From Paraspadella gotoi (taxonomy: Eukaryota > Animalia > Chaetognatha), in assembly GCA_051294375.1 (NCBI GenBank), contig CM119267.1, positions 9,722,339-9,786,338 of the forward strand: a stretch of DNA of 64,000 nucleotides, read 5' to 3'. The translations under genes were made by a program, and so were the position numbers. The notes under the pieces were generated by a model, which ran no database searches, had not been told where the DNA came from, and saw only the letters and a list, made by a program, of their open reading frames with translations. This document shows, piece after piece, positions 39,219 through 51,516 of this stretch (within the stretch, counting starts at the first letter, position 1; the number at the start of each line of letters is the position of its first letter).

Positions 39219-39554
39219 CTCCGACATCTCGCCCCCCTTCCCCACTTTGACCCCTTCCCCTCTTCAATCTCCCACGACGAGAAAATCTAAATCAATCGTC
39301 GGTTTCTGACTTTCCTCTCTTTCCTTTTCCTCCTTTTTCCTTTTTTCTATTTCTTTTCTTTTCTTTCTTTCTTTTTTGCTTTCCTTCAACTCCTTCATTT
39401 TTTTATCCATTCTTTCCTTTTCTCCCTTATCTCGACTTGACCATTTAGACTTTTTGGCTCAGAAAACGGATTTGCGACTTTTCGCCCTTAGAGCCCATAT
39501 TTTTTCTTTCTTGCCATCGTTCTTGTTTCTTTCTTCTTTCTTTTCTTTCTTTCT

Positions 39555-39598
<44 letters not shown>

Positions 39599-39779
39599 TT
39601 TTTTTTCTTTATTTCACTCTTTCTTTTTCTTTTCTTTCTTTTTTTTTATTTCACTCTTTCTTTCTTCTTCTCTCTCTCTCTCTTTGTTAACCTAAGATCT
39701 TTTGACTTTTTCTGCTTTCTTTCCAATAAACACTCAATTCCTTCGTGATTTTAGATCGTGATCTCTTGGATTTGCTTTC

Positions 39780-39821
<42 letters not shown>

Positions 39822-39889
39822 CTCTTCTCTCTCTCTCTCGTCTCTCTCTCTCTCTCTCTCTCTCNNNNNNNNNNNNNNNNNNNNNNNNN

Positions 39890-39922
<33 letters not shown>

Positions 39923-40115
39923 GAGAGCAAAATCTAAATCAAGAGATCACGATCTAAAATCACGAAAGGAATTGAGTGTTTATTGGAAAGAAAGCAGAAA
40001 AGTCAAAAGATCTTAGGTTAACAAAGAGAGAAAGAAAGTAAGAAAGAAAGAGTGAAATAAAGAAAAATAGAAAGAAAAAAAAAAGAAAGAAAGAAAGAGT
40101 GAAATAAAGAAAAAA

Positions 40116-40162
<47 letters not shown>

Positions 40163-40488
40163 CAAGAACGATGGCAAGAAAGAAAAAATATGGGCTCTAA
40201 GGGCGAAAAGTCGCAAATCCGTTTTCTGAGCCAAAAAGTCTAAATGGTCAAGTCGAGATAAGGGAGAAAAGGAAAGAATGGATAAAAAAATGAAGGAGTT
40301 GAAGGGAAAGCAAAAAAGAAAGAAAGAAAAGAAAAGAAATAGAAAAAAAGGAAAAAGGAGGAAAAGGAAAGAGAGGAAAGTCAGAAACGACGATTGATTT
40401 AGATTTTCTCGTCGTGGGAGATGAAGAGGGGAAGGGGGTCAAAGTGGGGAAGGGGGCGAGATGTCGGAGCTATGAGAGAGAGAGAGAG

Positions 40489-40549
<61 letters not shown>

Positions 40550-40561
40550 AGAGACTTCTTC
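39128..40561. repeat. ~700-bp inverted duplication flanking an N-gap
   Basis: 39128-39864 is the reverse complement of 39890-40561, e.g. CTCAGAAAACGGATTTGCGACTTTTCGCCC at ~39458 vs GGGCGAAAAGTCGCAAATCCGTTTTCTGAG at 40201. The arms differ mainly in microsatellite lengths. Confidence 0.9.
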
Positions 40562-42075
40562 ATCGCCGCGAGGGGCGGTGAAGGGCAGTGACGGGCATTC
40601 GACGTCGCGAGGATTCGGGATATGAGATAACGAGAGGAGGGGGAGGAAGAGGTGAAGGGGGCACTGGGGCAGGGATGGGAACAAAGAGAAAAAGTAAAGT
40701 GAAATCTGTGTCTGTGAAGAGACGAGAACGAAATAATGACAAAGAAGTGAATGGGAAACAGTTAGTGAAAACTTCTCACTGAAAAAGGAGTGTGTGAAAG
40801 GTTGACCCGCCCAGTCGGTAAAAGCATGGAGCAACTCCGGTCAGGAGTGGAGCAAAGAGAGATATTATCTCAGCCGGAGAAAAAGGGGGCGAGAGAAACT
40901 CGGCCTCTTTTCGCGAGGGCGAAAAGAAAAAAAANNNNNNNNNNNNNNNNNNNNNNNNNNNNNNNNNNNNNNNNNNNNNNNNNNNNNNNNNNNNNNNNNN
41001 NNNNNNNNNNNNNNNNNNNNNNNNNNNNNNNNNNNNNNNNNNNNNNNNNNNNNNNNNNNNNNNNNNNNNNNNNNNNNNNNNNNNNNNNNNNNNNNNNNNN
41101 NNNNNNNNNNNNNNNNNNNNNNNNNNNNNNNNNNNNNNNNNNNNNNNNNNNNNNNNNNNNNNNNNNNNNNNNNNNNNNNNNNNNNNNNNNNNNNNNNNNN
41201 NNNNNNNNNNNNNNNNNNNNNNNNNNNNNNNNNNNNNNNNNNNNNNNNNNNNNNNNNNNNNNNNNNNNNNNNNNNNNNNNNNNNNNNNNNNNNNNNNNNN
41301 NNNNNNNNNNNNNNNNNNNNNNNNNNNNNNNNNNNNNNNNNNNNNNNNNNNNNNNNNNNNNNNNNNNNNNNNNNNNNNNNNNNNNNNNNNNNNNNNNNNN
41401 NNNNNNAGAAAAAAAAAACCGAGGGCTGTTTTCTTTTTAAATATGTGATCTCGATAAGTCGGTTCTTTACTCTGGATTCGATTATCATTAAGATATTTTT
41501 TTTTATTTGTTTCAACTAGTTTAAATTCTACATCCGTTTACTTTATATAATCATCTTACTTAAAAAATGTAAAAAATCACGAAAACTGGCCTAAAAATAT
41601 CGAAATCCGACAATCATTTAATCAAATCGCATCAGAATATAATCTCATCTTCATCTCATTACAATGAAGTTTTAAATAAGCTCTAAATAACAAAATCACA
41701 AATAGTTAACTTTCGTCTTTTTGGACTCGTTAGGTTCAAACGCGAAATATTATTTTCTCCCTTTTCTCTGGCAACACTGGAGGATCTACTTGAGAACCTT
41801 GAGCCCCGACATGTTCTCCACATGAACGATCTTGACGTTGTTCTTCTCCGAAAACTTGGAGAGATTCTCTTTGAGGGTCGATGGCTCGTGATCGATCGGT
41901 TTTAAACCTGAGAAAGTAAAGCATTACGACCAACATTCGAGCAATTCCATTCTATTTTATTTTTTCTTAAATTTTTTTAGGGCATCTCAACAAATTTTAG
42001 AAGACAAAACATTGTGCGAAAAGACAATCCGTTTGACCGGATCAATGATCATCATATTCCACAAATACGAATGAC

Positions 42076-42211
42076 CTGGCCAGTGGGCTAGTGAACAGTG
42101 GGCCAATGGGCAGTGGGTCAGTGGGTCAGTGGGCCAGTGGGCCAGTGGGTCAGTGGGCCAGTGGGCCAGTGGGCCAGTGGGCACTGGGAACTGGGCAGTG
42201 CCCACTGGGCA
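42076..42211 (+). repeat. (CAGTGGGC/T)n 8-bp tandem repeat
   Basis: Direct octamer array. Confidence 0.9.
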
Positions 42212-42400
42212 CCATCGCTTGATCATTTGATCATGAATAGACTTTTTCTCACTGACCTTTGATGAGATGAGTTTCAAAGACTTCGGGTTCGTTGAGAACG
42301 ACTCCTAAATATCGAAGATTAAATTTTTGTAGAGAAAGCATTAGACCACATTATATCCAAACACCGACAATCCTGCCAGGTCACCCTCTGCCTAACGCCT

Positions 42401-45400
42401 TCACATCTCCTGCACCTCCCGCCACCCTTTCGCGCCCACTTCGCCCTTTTCAAAAAGATCGAGCTCTGGCCTTCGATCCGTGATGCTGTAAAAGATCGTC
42501 TGCCAGTCGGAGACGTAAGGCTGAAGACTCCGCCGCAGCCGCGTTTCGTCCTCGGGAGTCAGTGCGACGCGGGGACGCCGCGTCGACTGCTGCACCTCAG
42601 CGTCTGAGGAAAAGGAAAGTGGATGGACCCGATTCATTCAACGGGATTTCGTGGAGAGGGTGGCCCACTTTCATCTCACCGATTGGATGTTCGGGGCACT
42701 TGAGCCGACGAGAGACGGCGCTCGCCGGGTAAATCTCCAACTTGTTGCGAAAGTCCACGTAGCGAGGATGCGACAGCTTTGGATCGAAATTTTTAAGAGG
42801 AAGTCGAGAGTCGCGACAAACAAATGAGCCAAACATCGATCGCAAAGCTTCATCTCGTCCACATGCCTTCATGACTTCATGTCCACCTGCCTTCCCGTTG
42901 TCCCTTCTTCCCACCAACCCGCTCTTCTCTCTCCCACAAACTCATCGTAATAACGAAATAATGTGAGTTAAACAATTCTCTTTTTAAAAGGTTCGTAAAT
43001 CGTAAATCTTTCAATTTATTTTACGTCCTTCCGATACCATAACGGGCAAGGCGGCGTGAGTCTTGATGAGAAAGTTCCGGCTCATCTCCGTCTCCGGTCC
43101 CGGATCGGGCCGGATGAAGATGCTGCGCGTGAGGCCGTCGATGACGTTCTTGCCCGCGTTCTGGAGCTGATTAGAGTAACCGTAGCCGAACATTCCGTAG
43201 CCGAAGCACATCTCCACCTGGGCGGGTCAAAGGAAGAAGAAGAGGAAGGAGGATGGAGTACGACGTTACAGTTTTTGGAGAGGGAGTCGTCGTCACAATT
43301 CATTAGCTTAACTGTTAACAGTTTAAAATAAACAACAAAAAAAAAGATTCCCTTAAAAAAGAACTGGTTAACGAATGTGAAATTCTCATCTTCGACGCTT
43401 CCAACCATCCTTCCGCCTCGGCTCATCGGAGCAACCGCCTTCTTCGAACTCACCTCGATTTCCGCGATGACCGTCTCTCCCACGATCGACTTCAACTTGT
43501 AGTTGTCGGCGGCGCAGATGGAGCGCGCGATGTCGAAGACGTGGAATCGCTTCTCCGCCAGAATGTAATGGTGGGTCAGAAACTGCGACCGGGTGGATAA
43601 AAAAGGGCTGGGGAGTTTGGCGGATCGTCTAATAGACTGCTTGTCTTAGCTTAAATTGTTCTTAACTACGGCTGTGCCATTAAACCGCTTCACTAACGCT
43701 TTCTCTCGTACCATCCTAGTTTGGCAAAGCGAGACGGTGCGAGGCGGCCACTGAGGTCTCCAAAGACCCTAATAAAAATCTCGTCCACCGCAGGCAATAC
43801 CACAGTCGCTTAGCGTTTAATTCCTTCCATTTTTTTTTCAACACCTTGGGCATGAATCCGATCAGCGAGATGGTGAAGACGTTCTGAACGCTCTCCTTGA
43901 TGGGAGCGATGTTGCAGGGAAGATGCAACAGCCCGTCCATGATTATTCCATCCGAATCCATCGAGTCAGGCAGCACCACCACCGCGGAAGACTTCGATCC
44001 CAACTGGTTGCGGAGACAGATGTACACGCGCGGGTTGCGGTCGTACCTTTGGTTTGCGGAGGAGGAGGAGGAGGAGGAGGAGGAGTTAATGAGGTAGATA
44101 GAAACAGTGGGGACAAAGAAAGTGTAGTCAGAGATTGCAGGCCAAAGCCTGTCTATAGACTAGCTTGTCCAAAGCAAGCTTTAATTTTATTTTTAGTCAT
44201 ATTCAGCTAGAGGAGAGTGCATTTATGAAGACATGATAGCTTCTCTATGAAACAAATGCGCATTGTTTGTACCAGTTGAATGAGAGAGAGACCTTACCTG
44301 ACTTCCACGCCCCCCCTATCACCCAATCACCAATGGGACTTGACGCGACGCCGTACCGTCCCGATGGACTTGGTCGATCCCCGTCTGCCCATCGAATCTC
44401 GTTTGACCAACGATTCCCGCTGAAACCGAGTCTTTGAACTCTGAGCCGAAACTCGAGGAGTTGGGCTCCGCGGTCCGCCCTCACGGAGCGCCGGACGCAA
44501 ACGTCCACCCGCAGTGCGATCTGTCCGAATCTGAAAGGTCGGGGGAAGGTTTGACAGTTTCCCTCCTTTTTTATTGCGCCGCGAGTCACTTTTCNNNNNN
44601 NNNNNCGCTGCGTCGGTCGGTCGGTATGTCTGTCCATCAGTCGGTCCCACTTACGTTAAAAATTCATATTATTTGCCTATCATTTGGTTGCTTATTTGCT
44701 AAGATAGAAAAAACTCAAATCTAAGAGACTGCAAGCGCCACCTTAAGGAATTCCTAAAACTTTAAAGTATAAAAGACTTTCGTTGTAAAGATATATACCA
44801 ACTAAATGTAGCCATTAATAATGGCTGGCATAGATGGGAAAGCGTCAGAAACCTTATAGAATGTTTTGGTTACCCTGACATTTATCATATTTTCAAAATT
44901 AGTCATGAACAATTCATGAAACGAATAACTTTGACGAAAAAGAATTTTTTGTCTTAATTCTATGAAAATATAGAAATGATCTCGCAGCTTAGTTTTCCTT
45001 CACGTTAACCTCTTAATTCAATTTTTATTTGTTTGGTTTATTTTGTTGCTGATGTATGCTACTGTATCATTCTTGATTTGAAATAAAATTCTCAATTATG
45101 AAAACACATCTCACATTAAAATATCGTTACGGTTTTAACAGGATTTTACTTGTAGATACTGGAAAGAGACCAATAAATATGAAAATAAAAAATACAACTA
45201 AAAAAGAACAAAAACTAAAACGAAAAGGTGAAAAAAAACATGCTCGACTAATCGAATTTCGGCGCCAAATCGAAAAAAGTTTCCCGCCCAAAATCCTTAC
45301 CGTCTCACCGGAATCTTTGCGCGGGTCCTTCGATCTTCCCTGCCCAATCTCACCCACTTGGATCGAGGTGGAGCGGCTGTCGACGATAGGGTGGTAAGGT

Positions 45401-45451
45401 AAGTCAGCGTTATTTCCATATTTCTCCCCATTTTTACTTAGTTTTTTTTTT

Positions 45452-45547
<96 letters not shown>

Positions 45548-48098
45548 TTGTCCCATTCTCTTTCTCTCTATCCCCTCATCTCGCTCCAGCACCTTCGGCT
45601 TCTACGATCATCGTCGTCGTCATCATCATCATCATCGTCCGATCCTGAATCTTTGACTCCCGAGTAACCGAAAACCACGGATTTTCTTATGTCTCTGTCG
45701 ATTTTCTCCGTCATCTTTCCCTCGATGTTGAGAAGCTTGTGCGCCAAGCCGCCTGGCGGCGAGAAAACGATATCGTCCACGTTCCACGGTATATTTTTCA
45801 TTCGTTGTCGTCATTGTAAAATATTATACCGCTCCTTGTTTAATTTCAATCTCCTAATCTGTTCTTACGAATTCGACCAATATGTTTACTTGTCTATTGT
45901 CAGACTTGGAGGCTCAGGGTTTAGTCCGATTTTTGATTTTCTCTGAGATTTTTTATGCTTTTATGGATATTTGATGTGAATTAAAATTAAAACGTTTATC
46001 GCTACGTACTTTATTCATATTTTTTTTTTCAGAGGAAGAGATTCACGAAAAAACCTACGTCGGACTCATTATGTGTCAAACGCTAAGGCATCCGTCAAGA
46101 ATTTCTGAGACGGCAAGCTTTATAACTGGAATACATTAATGATTATCAGACATAAACTATGGGTATGTATGTGGCTACTCCCTTGTTACGGTTGTAATGG
46201 TTACATGAAAAGAGAATGCTCCTGGATTTGAACTCGCAACCTCGAAATGCTCACAACTCGGCAATTTAACAATTAAAATTATTTAAAAGATTGTTCATTT
46301 ATATACTTTACAACATCTAGTTTAAGCTTAATTAGTCTTAGGTAGCGCGCTCAACGCTGAAGCCAAGAAATCGGCGGTTCGAATCCTGGCGACCTTATAT
46401 TTTTTAACTTAGTTGCTAAGTCCCAAAATTGACCATAGAGCATTGGCTTACAGAAGGGGAGTAGCGATATACGTACAAGGCGAGTATTTTACCCAAAAAA
46501 TCCCGCCTCAATAACCGTAACTATAAGAGCTATAGAGCTACTACTGTACTAGATATTACTAGATATTACTGTACTAGATTTCAAATCCCTCACCTGATGC
46601 TCCCTTCAAAATGTTTCTCAATTCTTCCGTCGCCTGATCGTGAAGTCGCTTCTGTACCAGTTCTTCCTCCGCGGCTTGCGCCTGTCGCGATCAAACAAAA
46701 CAACTCGCGGTGCATGGATCGATGGAGGGACAGCGGTTTAAAGAAAACTATAAGAGCGCTTAAGACTTGACGTTTAATACGCAAGCGCGGTGCAACTTCG
46801 TCCAGATCAGTCAAAATTTCAACGTTTCGTTAAAAAAAAACCTTTGTATTCCAATTCTCTATTATCCAATTTTCTAATAATCTTTAATTTATGATAATTT
46901 CCAAATCAAAGTTTATTTGTTTACAAACAACGGGTTTTATATTCCAAAAAGTATTCTCTATAACTAAAAACCCAACGAAATGAAAGTGTTCACATAATAA
47001 TTGCCAAATAATCCCTTTTCCATAATCTCTAATTCCTATTTCCTGATAATCCATGAAACAGTCGCGACTAACCCATATAATATTGCACCTTGGTCAAAAG
47101 ATTGTGAACTTTTCCAGTGCTGACGGACAAGAGTCTCTTTATGTTGACCGCCACCAACCCGTCGGGATTCGCCGCGTTTTTCAAAGCCTAAACCGAAAAA
47201 AAAAAAGGCTGACGGTTTAAGCCGGAGTTATCTTATTTCCGCGGGTAACAAATAAGTTAAACCCCGCCCATTGCAATCGGCCACCATTGGTCGATCGTGG
47301 TTTTATTCAAAATCTCAACCTTCCTCTCCGGAGATTCGTTGAAGATTTTTTTTTTTTTTTTATTCAAACATTTATATTGCCGTTCGTTTCAAGAAATAAT
47401 TAAAAGAACAAGAGTTAGAATAGCGACCAAAAAAAAACAAACAAAAACGCAAAAAAAAACAAAGCATTAAGTAATATACAAATAAGCAAACAAAGAAAGA
47501 ACCTTGGAAGCTTTATTCCTGGCCTCTTCCCATTTTAACTTCTTGCTGATGTTGTGCAACTTTTTCTCCGCGTCTTCTTCGCCCCGCATGGGGGAAAATC
47601 GAGAGGAATCATCCTACTGAGGAAGAGGGGGAGGGGAGAAAAAGGAGGAGTAGGAGGGGGAAGAGACCGGAGGAAATGGGATTGTTATTGATTATTATTG
47701 TCAATGTGATTCCATCTGCTCCAGACACTAAATTTTATTTTTGCTTCTCTCGAAAATAAACAACGAGATTGGTTTAACTAATATAAGGGAGTGGTCTTTT
47801 CATACAATTGAAACATTCTTTGAAATATTATACAACTTTATTGAGAGGGAAGCCAGGTACTCTGGGAGTGAATAAACAAGACTGTGTGAGAGTCTTGATT
47901 GAAAGCTTGCAGGGACCAGCTATGTCATTATCTTGTAAGAGTGATGGAGGCCTTAAACCACCAAAACCTGACCAAAGTCATTTAACCATTATTTATTTGA
48001 GAGAACTTCTAGTTTTTAACCTGTTCCTGCCTATTGTCCACGGAGAGCTGGTCAGGTTGTCGAGAATGAATGGAGAGCGAGCTCGTCCCGCGTTGCAT
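42401..48098 (-). CDS. C2CD6: C2CD6/ALS2CR11 (CatSper-tau)-like protein, ~507 aa over 11 coding exons; 3' end uncertain
   Basis: Phase-consistent GT-AG chain: 48098-48021, 47613-47503, 46681-46594, 45752-45593, 45376-45301, 44530-44331, 44046-43845, 43582-43454, 43217-43038, 42776-42680, 42603-42401. EIEVEMCFGYGMFGYGYSNQL...SIFIRPDP matches the ALS2CR11 signature as I recall it (LEVEFMFSYGNFGYGFSHQL...SMF), preceded by a beta-rich C2-like segment. Further candidate 3' exons at 42304-42257 and 41907-41786 could not be linked unambiguously. Confidence 0.72.
44569..44740 (+). mobile_element. HINE/DINE-1-like repeat fragment, copy 2 (in a C2CD6-like intron)
   Basis: AGTCACTTTTC..GTCGGTCGGTC.GTATGTCTGTCC..GTCCCACT.ACG.TAAAAAT...AAGA.AGAAAAAA.TCAAATCTAAG shared with 22389-22567. 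Confidence 0.55.
45452..45547 (+). repeat. (TTTC)n microsatellite
   Basis: Direct tetranucleotide run. Confidence 0.95.
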
Positions 48099-48218
48099 GT
48101 TCGATCGGTAGTTCGGGACGCTTCACTGAATACTAAATTGCGAAAAGCTCAATACATTTTTTTTTCAACTTTGAAATAATGTTACGAAAAATATCAATGT
48201 TAGATAAACAAAACTCAC

Positions 48219-48325
48219 CTAATTTAAATAGACCCAGCGTCAAATATTTATTTTCTCTAGATAAAACCGCAAAACGAAGAACGGAACGCAGACAAAGTAA
48301 ACTAAATTTTCAAGCGCCATTTTAG
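48219..48325 (-). other. Putative 5' leader exon of the C2CD6-like gene (AAAATGGCG motif, 26-codon uORF)
   Basis: Donor TAG|GTGAGT at 48219/48218 and a 93-nt intron to acceptor TTCAG|48125. The ATG at 48320 opens MALENLVYFVCVPFFVLRFYLEKINI*. Confidence 0.45.
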
Positions 48326-48810
48326 ACGGAAAACGGAGCGGGGTTTTTTTTCAATATAACGAATAAATTATAAAGTTAGTTTATCATTTTAAAATATTGA
48401 TTGAAAGAAGACTCCCTACATTACGAAAACAACAACGACAACAACAACGACGACGCCACTCTCTCGACTCCCTCGCGACTCGTTTCCTTTAAATGTCAAA
48501 ATTGAAATCCCGCTAGATGACGCTGGTCGCTTTGGAACGCCGGTCTTTTGTTTTCCGGGAGGGCGTCGTCGGGCACGCCTTCTCGGGTCATCGCCATGGC
48601 TTGGGTCTTCAAATGTCAGGCTCGTCTCTTGTCTCTTCGACGGAGATTACGATCGACGGCGTCGGATTTGACCGTAATGAGGCGACGGTCGTTTGAGGCT
48701 TCGATTTTGAGGCGTGCCGTGCCTGCGCCAATTCGATAGCGAATTTAGCGAGAGCCCGCTGCGGTGCTTGCCCGTCATTGACGGCTGAAAGAATAATATG
48801 GGACTAACGT

Positions 48811-48965
48811 TTAAAGGAACAGTTTGAATATTTTTGCAACGACAATTTATTTAATTTTAGACGAACAATGTTTTGGCGCTGATGAAGGCTCGAATTTGAG
48901 CCGAAACATGTTCGTCTATCATTAAATAAATTGTTGTGGCAAAAATATTCAAACTGTTCCTTTAA
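48811..48965. mobile_element. TTAA-flanked 147-bp hairpin element with ~63-bp inverted arms, carrying a hammerhead ribozyme; copy 1
   Basis: TTAA|AGGAACAGTTTGAATATTTTTGCAACGACAATTTATTTAATTTTAGACGAACAATGTTTTGGC ... GCCGAAACATGTTCGTCTATCATTAAATAAATTGTTGTGGCAAAAATATTCAAACTGTTCCT|TTAA. Confidence 0.8.
48875..48916 (+). ncRNA. Minimal type I hammerhead ribozyme (Penelope-like), copy 1
   Basis: GGCG CTGATGA A GGCTC GAATTT GAGCC GAAAC AT GTT CGTC. Core CUGAUGA/GAAA, 5-bp stem II, palindromic minimal stem III (ACATGT), stem I GGCG/CGTC with one G-U pair; AATAAA follows at ~48925. Confidence 0.7.
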
Positions 48966-50101
48966 TCTACAAACACAACAAAAAAGAAAGGATTTACACA
49001 TAGGGACTAATGTTATAGCAGAGTTGCAGAAGATTAAATATATATAGCAGTAAGTGCGAAAATACTTTGCTTTTCTCTGTTTTATTATGAAAATTAATGT
49101 GATCTTGGGTTAGAAATATTATTTATACGCTATAGCTTAATTCTTATACCACTATATCAAGACTCCAAGAGATCATAAGTATAATGATTTGATATAATAT
49201 GATATGATATATGACAAGATATGATATGATCATAAGGATAATGATATATTAAAGAAATCATTATAATAATGTGATAAATGGTTGTTTTCTAAGTACTCAA
49301 AAGCCAAATTTTTACGTGCCTATTTTCATTTGCCCCCCACACCGATAATTTTATTCATATTTTATAAAATGGTAACTCATCAGACAAAGCTTTTTTTTAT
49401 TAAAGATACAAAAATTTGGGTGAAAGTTTTGCAATTTTCATATCCACAGAGTAAAGCAATTGCGTCGCAAATGTCATGTGGTTAAAAAGAGAAAACTTAA
49501 AGCTTTTGCTGCGCGGATGCGATGACGTTAAAAGCTCTCTCACTTCAAAAAGGTCAACAGAAAATCCGGAATTTCTTCTTGTTGTTCACGTTATCGTCTT
49601 TAATTTTCTTGTCTTACTTTCTCTCAACTGAACCGAGGCTATGAATCACCAATGGAATGGCCGTTATTACGGAGTTGCGGTTTGTGGGCGTTTTGCCAAA
49701 ACGAGAAGATTCCATAGCAGAGAGAAAATATTTCGAGCTCGTAGCGAAATTTTTGTTCGATTTTCGAGAAATTCACTTGCGTTTCGATCGCATGGTTAAT
49801 CAATAATCAATGTTCCCTTTACAATCCCCGTTACGTTCAACATCTGTGACTCTTCATGAAAATACCGTATCGTTGACGTCAGTGTCCAATGTGTCCGCTG
49901 TCTAATTTCCCATCCAATCTTTTCTTACGTCTTCCCTTCCCGGTAATGTAGACATCTAGTAGCATCTGGTGGCATCTGGTGGCATCTGATTGCGTCCTCA
50001 CCGAGAAACTCGTTAATTTCCTTCTGTTTACACTTCTGCTCCTTTTTCAGGGAAGATTCGACGGCTTTAGGTTTCAATCAAGGAATAATCTCTCTCTCTC
50101 T

Positions 50102-50179
<78 letters not shown>

Positions 50180-51474
50180 CTCCAGTCTCTGCCGAATCCA
50201 CTCATCCACTTCCATTAATAAATCCCCAAATCCTTTCCGAGTCTTCAAATCCGAGCAAACAAGCCAGCGCCGACTTATTTCGCACCGCCTCATTGCGGCG
50301 TTCCTTGGCGGCGCCATATCCTGCTCCCCCTTTTTGCCCGCACATGGTTGAAAGGGCCCTTTAACTTTATATTCCATCCTTTGCCGTGCCCAATAGTCCC
50401 GTAACTTTCGGCAACTTGTGTAAAACAGTTTTGTCAGTCTAATCCATAATCCATATTGCTCCGGGATATTCTTAACATTAGTCCTCGTTATTCTCGTCCA
50501 AGCCGTTCAAAGCCGCACCATTCCTCAGCTTGCCAGTCTCGGGCATGCCATATTGCCCCGTGCCATTCTGCTCTTCGCGTTATTGCCTTTCGGCTCGAAA
50601 GGCAGTTGTATCTTAACCCTTTTCGCCGTTTGTCCGTCGCCACTGGCTCAAAACTGCCGACGACGACGACGACGACGACGACGACTACTTTCTACCCCGC
50701 AACTTCGAACGGCCTACTATCGACACTTTTCCCCTTCCACCTTCAGAAACCAAAACCTCGCCCTCACCCCCACGAATCACTAAGCAGTGAACAGTGAACA
50801 CCCTCGTCACAATTCTTAAGCACCTCGTCCTCCGATTTGCGCTCCTTAAATCTAAGACATTTCTCTTCAAACTTCTTTTCCTCTTCTCCCGCTTTTATCT
50901 TCTTCACACTCACCGCTCGTTTCCGGTCACTTCACAGTTTGCGATGCCAATTTTAAAGTCGCGCTCGCCGCTTACCCTTCACCATTCACGAATTCGATTC
51001 GGCATTGCCCTTCCCTACACCCCAACTCTCCCCACCCAAAGGAGCAACCTTTCACTCCCCATACCATTATTCACCACTTACCCAAGGCGTCGCTCACCCT
51101 TTGCTTAACACCCTTTTTATTCACGCTTTCGCTTTCACGAGTTCTCTCTCACTTCCGTCTCACCACTCGGGCGCCAACGCGCGTGAGTTAGAATCGCGTT
51201 TATGAAAGATTCTGGGATCAAGGGATCCAAGTCATGCCGCCCCTTCCCCAACCTTTGCCGCCGCGCCCTGACTGAAATCCCCACACCCGCCAACCAAGAT
51301 TATCACATCTCTTCTCTTCGCCGTACCGATTCACTAAAACCCCTTTCTTCTTTCACAGAATTTTCACTCGATTCGCCCACCAGCCCCTCGATCCAGATTC
51401 TCTTTCTTTCGTATGACTATGAAGTATGAACTGAAACCCTTCCTTTTTATGTTTTTGCTCGCCCTATCCTTTTC

Positions 51475-51516
<42 letters not shown>

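Noticed and set aside
40790-41515. 216-aa ORFs on both strands
   Set aside because: They run through an N-gap and are mostly X.
45568-45801. ATG at 45801 as the start of the C2CD6-like gene
   Set aside because: A phase-1 acceptor at 45753/45752 links in frame to upstream exons, so MKNIPWNVDDIVFSPP is probably intronic.
46330-46395. Perfect B-box GGTTCGAATCC suggesting a tRNA gene
   Set aside because: No cloverleaf or clear A-box; at most a decayed SINE head.
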